Shown in pieces: positions 37,035-48,103 of a stretch of DNA of 64,000 nucleotides (the first letter of the stretch is position 1; each line of letters starts with the position of its first letter). The notes beneath the pieces were generated by a model that saw only the letters and a program-made list of their open reading frames with translations, searched no databases and was not told the origin of the DNA. Location of the stretch: assembly GCA_965153455.1 (NCBI GenBank), contig OZ234493.1, positions 4,960,001 to 5,024,000 on the forward strand, read 5' to 3'. Source of the DNA: Sphagnum compactum. Taxonomy: Eukaryota. Both the position numbers and the translations under genes were made by a program.

Positions 37035-40000
37035 TTGGCGACGCCTAGGGTTAGGGTTTGGTGGCGGTGGCTATGTTAGGGTTAAGTGGCGGCTACTTTA
37101 GGGTTAGGAGATAGTATATATTGAAGTGGTTTTGAGGAGTCTTTCATTCTCTCCTTTCATGGTTTTTGACTGCACATAGAACCTTCAAGCTTTGTTAGTT
37201 GTTACAAGCCATAGTTTTGTGATTGTAGCATTTGAAGCATACAACCTTTGTAATCTTCTTGTTAGTTAATACAATTGTTCCATTTCATGAACCTTGAATC
37301 TTTCATTTCTTGCTTGTTTTCAAGTTGTTTCCAATAGGTTATGGGCCCACACCAAGCAAAAGAAAGGACATTTTGTTAGAACAAGAAGAAGTAGTGAAAG
37401 GTTTTTGTTAGAAATATTATTCGTTTATAATTCCCAATGTTGATGAATGTGTGAAACATTCATCAAAAGGATGAATAGTATTCACATCCTTATAGTAGTT
37501 AGGTTAAATTAAATAGTGGTAGTTAGGGTTTGGAAGTGGAGACTACTTAGGGCTTCGCGGCGGCTACGGTTAGGGTTTGGTGGTGACTAGGGTTAGGGTT
37601 TAATGGCGGTTATGGTTAGATGGTGGCTAGGTTGGGGTTAAGTGGCGGCTACTTTAGGGTTAGGAGATAGTATATATTGGAGTGGCTTTGAGGAGTCTTT
37701 CATTCTCTCCTTTCATGGTTTTGAGTGCACATAGAACCTTCAAGCTTTGTTAATTATTGCAAGCCATAGTTTTGTGATTGTAGCATTTGAAGCAAACAAA
37801 CTTTGAGATTTTTGTTGGTTAATACAATTGTTCCATTTCATGAACCTTGAATGTTTCATTTCTTGCTTGTTTTCAAGTTGTTTCCAATAGAAACCTGCAC
37901 ATTTTGTGAGAAATTGTTTGAAGAAGAAAAATGATGAAAAAGAAAAAGCTAATCAAGCTTGTGAAGATCACGAGAAAATGTTATTGCCGCATTGAGTGCC
38001 AATGATCATACCACGTATGATTGGATTGTCGATTCCGGTGCAACACAACACATGACATTCGAACAAGAATGGTTTACCACATACTTGCGCATTTCCCCAA
38101 GGAGGGTGTTCATGCGCGATGACACCGTTTTGGAGGCCATTGGCAAGGGGAACATCAAAGCCACAATGCAAATGCGAGGCGACTTTTCACACACAACCAT
38201 GACACAAATTTTTCATGCTCCAAAAATGAAGAATAATCTCATTTCCATGAGTAAACTCATTTTCGAAGGCTTTAAAGTGGAGTTTAACAAGGATGGTTGT
38301 AAGGTCAACGATGCTCGAGGAGTTGTTGTGGCGCACGCACAACAACTTGTACCTTCTTAATGTGAAAGTGCGTAAGGAAATGGCAAACATTGCCAACTCT
38401 TTGGATGAAGATACGATGTTTTGGCATAAAAAACTTGGCCATCTCAACATAGGAAGTCTTAAGGAGTTGGATGCCATTGGATGGCATGAATTTGAAAGAA
38501 GTGCCATTGCATCACATTTGTGAAGGATGCATCCAAGGCAAACATCAAAGAACATCCTTTCCCAAGGACGGAGCGACGAGGGCTTCACAACTTTTGGACA
38601 TTGCGCACACTGATGTGTGCGAGCCAATGAGGACTACATCGCATGGTGAAGCGCGATACTCTCACTTTCATTGACAATTTCTCAAGGAAAACTCATGTTT
38701 ATCTTTTGATGGCAAGGGGAGAAGCGTTTGAAAAATTCAAACAATACAAGGTGTTGGTGGAAAATGAAATTCGTCATAAAATCAAAGTGTTACGATCCCA
38801 CAACAGAGGAGAATTTGTGTCCAGGAGGTTTGACGCATTTCTTGTGGAATGTGGAATTCAACGACAAACAAGTACGCCCTATTCCCCAAGACAAAATGGT
38901 GTTGCGGAACGTGCCAATAGAACCATCATGGAATGTGCAAGAAGCATGATTCTTGCACAAGGGTTGGGAACTTGAATTTTGGGGGGAAGCGGTGAACACG
39001 GTGGTGTACAATCAAAAATCGATGTCCAACCAAAGCTCTTAATTCCAAGACCCTTCAAGAAGCATGGAGTGGTAGGAAACCCGATGTGTCTCATTTGAAA
39101 GTCTTTGGTTGTAAAGCCTTTGCACATGTCCCCGATGAAAAGAGGACCAAATTAGAGTCCAAGTCCATGCCTTGTGTGTTTTTAGGGTATTATGAAGGCA
39201 CGAAAGCATATCGCTTGATGTGTGTAAAAACCAAGAGAATCATCAAAAGTAGAGATGTCGTGTTCATTGAAGGGTCAAAAGAAATAGGTGGTGTGGTCGA
39301 TTCCAAGAAAGTAGAAAATGTAGTTGTGCATGAAATTGGGAACAATGAAGTCGAAGGAGAAGAACCATTGACCTTTAGTGGGGATACACCTTTGAATTGA
39401 ACAAGAATGGAAGGTGTGCAAAGTGAATCCACACCAAGTTGTTCTTCGGAAGAAAAATTTGTTGTTTCTAACGAACCTTCAAAACATGTGTCAAGGGAAA
39501 GACCTCAAACGCAACGAAAGGAATGGCTTCGGGATTGGTGGATTGCTACCAAGGAGGTGGAGCGTGCCACCGTTGCATTTTTGGAGCAGCCCCAAAATAT
39601 TGAAGAAGCATTGACGTGTGAAAATTCCAAGGAGTGGGAGTGCGCAATGCAAGAAGAATATAATTCCCTCATGGCAAACAACACATGGACTTTGGTGCCA
39701 CTTCCCGTTTCTTGCAACTGGATGTTCAAAATCAAACAAGGCGCGAATGGGGAGGTGGAACGCTACAAGGCCAGATTATTGGCAAGGGGTTTTACCCAAA
39801 CCTACGGAGTGGATTACAACAAAACTATTGCGCCCATCGCAAAGTTTACATCTATTCGTTGTATTCTTGCATTGGCGGCCTTGGAAGACATGGAGATCCA
39901 TCAAATGGACGTGAAAACTGCATTTCTCAATGGCGAGCTTGAGGAGGAGATTTACATGGAGCAACCTCAAGCGTTCATGCACCAAGGAGATTAACATCTT

Positions 40001-41614
40001 GTGTGTAAGCTTCACAAATCCTTGTATGGTTTGAAACAATCTCCAAAGGCATGGAATCAAAAGTTAGATGCGTTTCTCAAAAGCATTGAATTTGTGAAGA
40101 GTGACGCCGATCCGAGTGTGTATGTAGCGCAACTGGGAGATGTGAAGTTTTTCATTGTGGTCTATGTGGGTGACCTCATTTTGGTTTGCAACGATCAAAA
40201 CAAACTTTTGCAAATCAAAGAGGAGTTGAGTCAAAAGTTTGAAATGAAGGACCTTGGAAAGTTGCATTTCTTTTTGGGAATGGAGGTGGAAAGGAATCGT
40301 GATGAACGACTCCTACGCATCAACCAAATCAAATACCTCAAGGAAATATTGAAATGTTTTTGAATGGAGCAATGTAAGCCCATTGGAGTTCCATTCGATC
40401 CCAAAGTGAAGTTACAAAGGAATCCCAATGGAAATGATGAATCGAAGGGATTTCCATATCAACAAGCGGTATGGTCCTTGATGTATGCCATGTTGTGCAC
40501 ACGACCTGATTTGGCATACCCAATAAATGTGTTGAGTCAACACATGGCCAACCCTAGCATGGAGCATTGAATGGCCGTCAAACGAATCTTTCGATATTTG
40601 CAAGGTACGTTGCAAATGAAATTACAATTCGGTGCAACACTATCCAAGGAAGTGCTTGGATATTGTGATGCGGATTGGGGTGGTGATCTTGAAGATAGGA
40701 GGTCCACCACAGGGTTTGTTTTCACGATCGGAGGTGGAGCCATTTCTTGGAGTAGCAAACGACAACCTACAATAGCATTGTCCACCACGGAGGCGGAGTA
40801 CATGGCGAACATGCAAGCCACAAAAGAAGCCATATGGATAACTAAAGTGATGATGGATTTAGGATACATGGGGGAGAAGAAAGTGATGGTGATTCGTTGC
40901 GACAATCAAAGTGCGATATCATTGACCAAAAATCCCATTCACCATGCACGAACAAAACACATTGATGTACAACATCATTTTGTTCGAAAACAAGTTGAAA
41001 ACGGAGAAGTTCGATTTGAATATTGTCCAACAAAACAAATGGTGGCGGATCTCCTTACCAAGGCATTATTCAAAGAACGACATCATAAGTTTATAACCAT
41101 GTTCGGATTAGAAACGTCATAGAGTGGGAGTGTTAGAAATACTATTCGTTTCTAATTCGCAATGTTGATGAATGTGTGAAACATTCATCAAATGGATGAA
41201 TAATATTCACATCCTTATAGTAGTTAGGTTAAGTTAAATAGTGGTAGTTAGGGTTTGGAAGTGGAGGCTACTTAGGGCTTGGCGGCGTCTAGGGTTAGGG
41301 TTTGGTGGCGACTAGGGTTAGGGTTTAGTGGCGGCTAGGGTTAGGCGGCGGCTAGGTTAGGGTTAAGTGGCGGTTACTTTGGGGTTAGGAGATAATATAT
41401 ATTGGAGTGGTTTTGAGGAGTTTTTCATTCTTTCCTTTCATGGATTTGAGTGCACATAGAACCTTCAAGCTTTGTTAGTTATTACAAGCCATAGTTTTGT
41501 GATTGTAGCATTTGAAGCATACAACCTTTGTGATTTTTGCTAGTTAATACAATTGTTTCATTTCATGAACCTTGAGTGTTTCATTTCTTGCTTGTTTTCA
41601 AGTTGTTTCCAATA
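37035..41614 (+). mobile_element. Older degenerate family A sequence: partial LTR 37035-37336 + PBS, LTR 37406-37889, pol remnant 37890-41122, 3' LTR 41131-41614
   Basis: Many frameshifts and stops; LTRs of a more diverged subtype. Confidence 0.92.
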
Positions 41615-43674
41615 AAATTTGTTAACATTTTACCTTTGCAATCTAGGTCTCCAGAAATAGGTTTGCCTTTTCCTTTTCTAGTTTATTATTATTATTATTA
41701 TTCTTAGAAATCTTTTCCAATATCCAAGTTTGAAAGAGCTTTTGAAGCAATAAAAAAAATGAGAGAGATTGTATAGAAACATTGAAGAGATATAGTTTTA
41801 GGAAGCCCATAAGAGAGGTAGGTCTTAGTGAGCAAGTGAATCTAATTTTCATTTCAAATTTTAAAGAATAGTTGTAGAAGGATGATTTGCAACAAGAACA
41901 ACAAATGCCATTACATCAAGAGGAGCCTACTTAGGAGCAAATTCCAGAGAGAATCCATATTCCTAACAAGAAGCACACGAAAAGAACAAATTGGCAAGCA
42001 ATGGCTACACATCTGTGTGGGAAAAAAAATGCAAACTCACTAGGATGATGAGATTAGGTATGTTTTTACTCCTATTACAATAGTAATCTGAAGAACATTT
42101 TGCTTTAAAAAAGCTCTAGAGAGGAAGAAAGAGCTTGCGCAAATAAAGCTGAATTAGTAGGTATGTTTGAGTTTGATAGGAATATGCCCTAGCACAGCAT
42201 TTTGGATGAATTTTTGAACAACTAGAAATTGGATCCCAAACATAACAAAATTAAGGTTATGTTGGGGGAGGAGCAGAGAATTGTAAGAAAAATCTATTGG
42301 TAAAACTTTTAAAATTTTGCTATATAGGAAAGACAAAGGCAGATTAAGCAAAGATGTATGATGTTAGAGTAGCATTGGCAGATATAGTTGATAGAATCCC
42401 TACAGTTACAACACCAATAAAAGGTGGGTTGTAAAAAACATGAGGTCAGAATATGCCAATAGAATTGTTGCCATTTTGCCTATTATTTACTAAAGGATAA
42501 GGTGCAGTATTTTAGCAATAAGTTTGCCATGATGAACTCCAGACCAGATCGTGGAAAGTTTGTTAATTGGGCTGCAATTATGTACTTTCAATTGGTCAAA
42601 GAATTGATTAGATGGGAGAAGTATCAAAAAAGTTGATTGAGGGAACAACCAAAAGAGAACAAAAAAAGGATGTATGCCATTTTACCATAATCCTAGAAGT
42701 TATGTTTCAAAAGTGGTTTCCATTAGAAGGTGTAGAGCCACAAGAGAAGAAGAAACATGTAGAGCAACCATAAGAGGACAAAAAAAGAAGAGATAGTCTA
42801 AGGGAGAGGTTCACTAAAAATAAAAGACTTCTAAACCATACACACATATCTCCTAAAAAGGAGAAACAACTAGAGACTAGGACAACCAAAAGAGCAGTTT
42901 TGATGTCTCAATCTAATGATGATGAGGAGAGAGAAACTCTGCATAAGAGGCAGAGAAGACAAGAGGATATTACAATGAAGGGCAATATTAATCCTCAACA
43001 AACAATAGAATTACTGAATAAACAATAGTAACAAAATCGGAGGCAAAAGGAGAAATCCATATTTCCTAAATTTGATCCAAGACCATCAATCTTTCCCAAG
43101 CAAGAGTAGAGATCAAATGGACAAGAATAGAGATTAGATGCACAAGAGCATCATAAATGGCAAAAAGGAGCTAGAATTTCAAGCTCAACAATCAATAAAG
43201 GAGCAAATACATGATTTTGACCTAGATCCACCAGAAGTGTAACAATTTGTTCCATCACCACATAATAATGAAGGATATTGCCTTTAAGACCAAGTTCTAC
43301 AACAGGTTCAAATGTATTTGGAGAAATTTGGACTGCACATAGGAGTGTAGGTTCATTAGGTACAAGTTCCAGAGGTCAGGTTTCTAAGTTTCATACACCA
43401 AGGTCTGTGCAAGGGAAGAAGTAGAATTGGATGAGCACAGGAGAGCTGTTAGTATGTTTCAACAGGCAGCAGAGTACAATGTATAGATGATAAATATTTT
43501 GCTTAAACTTTCTGATCTAGAGATAAAAAATAAGCAAATCGTAAAGGAGAAGGATAAATCTATCTTGAACTTGTAGGGGGCTCTAGAGAAGGAGCAAAAG
43601 CTCAAAGTAGAGTTGTAGGATAGGAACAGTGAGAATAATCAAGTATTGGCAGATTTCTAAGAAGTTATATTTTT

Positions 43675-44096
43675 TATTGGAAACAACTTGAAAACAAGCA
43701 AGAAATGAAACACTCAAGGTTCATAAAATGGAGCAATTGTATTAACTAACAAAAATCATAAAGGTTGTATGCTTCAAATACTACAATCACAAAACTATGG
43801 CTTGCAACAATTAACAAGGCTTGAAGGTTTTATGTGCACTTAAAACCATGAAAGGAGAGAATGAAAGACTACTCAAAAACACTCCAATATATACTATCTC
43901 CTAACCCTAAAATAGCCGCCACTTAACCCTAACCCTAGCTGCCGCCAAGCCCTAAGTAACCTCCACTTCCAAACCCTAACCACCATTATTTAACTTAGCC
44001 TAACTACTATAAGGATGTGAATACTATTCGTCCTTTTGATGAATGTTTCACACATTCATCAACATTGGGAATTAGAAACAAATAATATTTCTAACA
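43675..44096 (-). mobile_element. Family A solo LTR, imperfect TSD TTTTT/CTTTT
   Basis: TATTGG...CTAACA; outermost family A copy. Confidence 0.92.
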
Positions 44097-44574
44097 CTTT
44101 TATCAATAACATGGAGAAGTAGAATAAGGATCTAAATAACATCATAATAGAAAGGGATTCCTTGCAAGTAACTCTAAAGAGACATATGTTGATTATTGGA
44201 ACTTAAAGGTAGATAAGGATATTCTAAGTGTAAAACATAGCAAACTTCAAAAAGATTACAAGAATATGGAACAAACTCTTTTAAAGCAACATAAGGAGTT
44301 GGAAGAGCTCAAAATGGACAATAAAAATGCATATCAAGCCAAGAATGAGGTACAAAAGCAATTTGATTAAAGGCATGCATAGATGGCAAAATTTGTAAAA
44401 GTAGAAGGCCTTTAAGGAGAAGTTGCAAAAACCTCTAAAAAAGACTCAGAAGGTAAAGCCCTTCAATTAAGATAGTGTTTTTAGAGAGAATAATGTATTC
44501 AAGAAGCAAAATATTTTATTTCAGGGGAAACTCAAAGCATTGTTAATGGAGGAAAAATATGCAGATATGTGGTG

Positions 44575-45423
44575 TGTCGCAACTCTAGCCTTGGGCTCGC
44601 GACCAAGGCAAGGGCTTGCAAAGGTGCGAGCCAAGAGTGAGCCCGAGAGTCACATTTCATGTTCCCGGGAGTGCAAGAGAATGTGAGGGAATGAACCCCC
44701 ACACTCCCAAGTGAACTCCCACTTTGGGAGTTGGAGTTCTAATGGACTCCTGAGTTTTCAGAGGGCAGTTGCAGGGGTCCAGACTCATTGGATTGAGAAG
44801 TTCCTTATATCATTGGAAAGCTCTTGGAACTTATATGTCTGAAATGGGCTCGCATGACCCATTTGGGTACTTAAAACACAAGTTATGGCCAAAAGAGGGG
44901 TCGGGAGTCTGGCAATTTGACTCCTGACGACTAAAAGTCAAGACTTGCCCCGATTTCCTTGCATGAAGGTGGCGTGCCACATACCATTGACAAGCTCTCA
45001 ACGAGGGCTACAACTTTGCTTTAGACCTAAGCTTAATTAGAGGTCTACACACAAAGGTATGGGCCTCCAAAGTCGTGGGAGTCCCAAATTTGGGAATTTC
45101 AAGACTCCCACTTGGGAGTCCTGAGACAAAATGACATTTGGGTGCGGGTCCCATGACCAGGCATAGAGAATACTATAAGGGGGAAGGTGGTGGCTTCCCC
45201 CAAGTTCGGGCCGTGGTGATTATGAGTCCGTGTTTGCCTATGGCTCGTCCGTGCACCAAAAGTGCTCCAGCTATGCACTAACCAACTTGTTGTTTGGTTT
45301 ATGTAAGTCCGTGTGAGTAATTGACTTGCTTATCACTCTTCCTAGTCTTCATCTCCTCATCCTTCTGCTGTTTTCACATTTAGACTCGTAGTTGAGTCTA
45401 CCAAGGAGTTTTGGGGTGCATCA
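44575..45423 (+). mobile_element. Gypsy solo LTR (related to the 23223 family), TSD TGGTG
   Basis: TGTCGCAAC...GCATCA; shares the ATAAGGGGGAAGGTGGTGGCTTCCCCCAAGT block. Confidence 0.93.
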
Positions 45424-45597
45424 TGGTGGGAAGCAATCCAGGACATTGTTTAGAAAGATATTAAAAAGGTTTGTAGAAGGTATGAGAGAAATGGAAGGCT
45501 ATATAGACACAAAAAAATTTAGATGGAAAAAATCATGCCATCATTTGAGTATTAGCCTTTAGTTTTGTCTCTAGAACTAGAAATTTCAAATGAAAAA

Positions 45598-46372
45598 TGT
45601 CGCAACCCTAGCATTGGGCTTGCGACCAAGGCAAGGGCTTGCAAGGATGTGAGCCAAAACTGAAGCCCGAGAGTCACATTTCATGCTCCCGGGAGTGTAG
45701 GAGTGTGAGGGAATGAACCCCCACATCCCAAGTGAGCTCCCACTTTGGGAGTTGGAGTGTTGATGGACTCCCGAATCTTCAGAAAGTAATTTCAGGGGTC
45801 AAAACTCATTGGATTGAAGAGTTATTTATATCATTGGAAACATTTTGAAACGTAGATTTTTAAAATGGGCTCACATGAACCATTTGAGTGATTGAAACAC
45901 AAGTTATAGCCAAAAGAAGGGCCAAGAGTCAAACTGCCAATTGATTCTCGACCACTAAAAGTTGCAAATTACCTCGATTTATTTGTGTTCAAGTGACGTG
46001 TCACATATTGTTGGAAAGCTTTCGACAAGGGCTGCAACGTTTCTTTAAACCTCATCTCAATCGAAGGTCTATAGAAGAAGTTATGGGCCCCCAAAGTCAA
46101 AGGAGTCCCAATTTCAGGAATTTCGGGACTCCCAACTTGAAAGTCCCGGGACAAAATGATATTTGGGTGTTGGCCCCGTGGCCAGGCACAAAGAATACTA
46201 TAAGGGGGAAGGTGGTGGCTTCCCCCAAGTTTGGGTCGTGACGAGTCTTGTGAGTTTATGTTTGCCCGTGGCTCGTTTGTGCACCAAAAGTGCTCCAACT
46301 ATGCACTAACTGACTTATTGTTTGGTTTGTGTAGGTTAGTGTGAATATTTGACGCACTTGTCAGTCTTCCTA
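45598..46372 (+). mobile_element. Gypsy LTR, 3'-truncated, same family as 44575-45423
   Basis: TGTCGCAACCC start; colinear with 44575-45343, then similarity stops. Confidence 0.88.
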
Positions 46373-48103
46373 AAAGGGAGGTTGTTGGTAAGACAAATAC
46401 ATCATAATAGAATTTAAAACAAGTAAAATCTCTTTTGCAAAAAGTCCATTATCAGGAGTATGCTTCTGTAGCCACAAAAATAGAAGAGCAGGTACAACCT
46501 AAAAAACACATAACTTAAGATATTCAACATAATTAGATTGAACTTGTATTAGAGTTGCAACAGCAATAGCAGATTCAGATCACATCAAATATAGAGTCGT
46601 AACAACAGCCACAAATGACACCAGAATTGTAACAACAAGAGGAAAGGACAAACAATCATCAAACAATTACATAGTTATTAACATAAGCATCAAAAAAACA
46701 ACAACAGACTGAACAATAGCCATAGATAGAGCACATTGTAATACATGCAGACCCTATTGTAGTATAGACAAATTTTTTCTTTTGAATCATAAGATTAGAA
46801 ACAACATTAAATTTAGCTTTCTTAACACATTTTCCATCCAAAATTTCGAGATGTAATTCAAAATATGGGTGGGGTAATGTTAAGGGTATAGTTATTATAG
46901 TTATTTATGGTAATAATTAGTTAGTATATTTCTACTTACCTAAGTTATTGTTTTAGGAAATACTAGCTAGATCACATAATTTTTATTACCATTTAAATTT
47001 GAAAAGAACATAAGACTATTTTTGTTGATAAATATTTATGGCCAAGAGAAGATGAGGATCCATTATATCATTGTAGAACATGAAGCTTTGAAGGAGTATG
47101 AGAGAATAACACTTTGATTTTTGGAAAAAACTTTATTTCCATAGCTATAATTGATGTTTTGAATGTTTTTATCATACTTTCATTGCTAGATTTTAATTTT
47201 GAAACTAGATTTGAATAGATTTGAATGAACATATTTATCTAGTATTAGTTTTAGGATGCAACGCAATCCAATAAGCCAAAAAGGGTGTCGAAGAGTAAAG
47301 AAAATAGTCGAAATTTGATAAATATGTATGTTTTACCATTTAAAGCCATGATAATCATGGCAAGTTATTGTTTTTTCATTCATTTGAATATTAAGGAATT
47401 CAAACCAAAAATCCATTTGATGAAATTTTAAGTTTTAAGTTTTGATTTAAGACCTCAAAAAGTGTACATGAATGTGTCAGACATGAGTCGATTTTGCAAA
47501 AGACTATAAAAAAGACTCATATAATAAATCACATTTGATGGGAAAAATTTAAGAAAATAAAGACCCGTTAACCACGTTAAAAAAACACTCATACCCTAAG
47601 ATATGTGGAATTGTAAAACTTTAAAAATTCAAAGAACTTTCCAAAATTAATCTAGAATTTTAGAATTTCAAAAGTCCTTTGCCACACATAAATGGGATAA
47701 ATGTACATGATGTGTTAAGAAAAGTTGTAGTTTATCATATCAAAAAACATAAAAAGGTTCAAAAAAATAAATAGTTATGATTTGAAATTATTATCATTTT
47801 TAAAAATGAAACACTACATTTATAAGGAATTAGGACATTTTTAGAAATCTATATGTATTAAAAAATGATGAAGAAAATAAATGTCATGTACTTGGACAAC
47901 CATATGCATTTATTATAACAAGTTGCAAAAACAATTATTCCAAAATTCATTCATATGAAAGAAAAATTTTGGCAAAAAAGACATGTAATCCTTTTTTCCA
48001 GTAATCTCGTTCACTTGTTGGCTCATTGTATCCCATTCTCACCCTTTATTGTATTTCAGTCTAGATTTTAGACCAAAATATAGGATTAAAAATTCTGTAT
48101 TTA

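Larger units (their letters stand above)
41615..47260 (+). pseudogene. Highly decayed coding remnant, probably an accessory ORF and 3' end of an old Gypsy-like element (possible PPT GGGTGGGG with LTR from about 46878)
   Basis: Residual frames near 42190-42620 (EYANRIVAILPIIY, GKFVNWAAIMYFQLVKELIRWEK) and coiled-coil-like K/E/Q-rich stretches; boundaries uncertain. Confidence 0.45.

Noticed and set aside
18-41033. Many short antisense or alternative-frame ORFs (e.g. MIPCPRR..., MSHRITI..., MDNIQI...)
   Set aside because: Shadows of Copia pol; they recur only because pol recurs.
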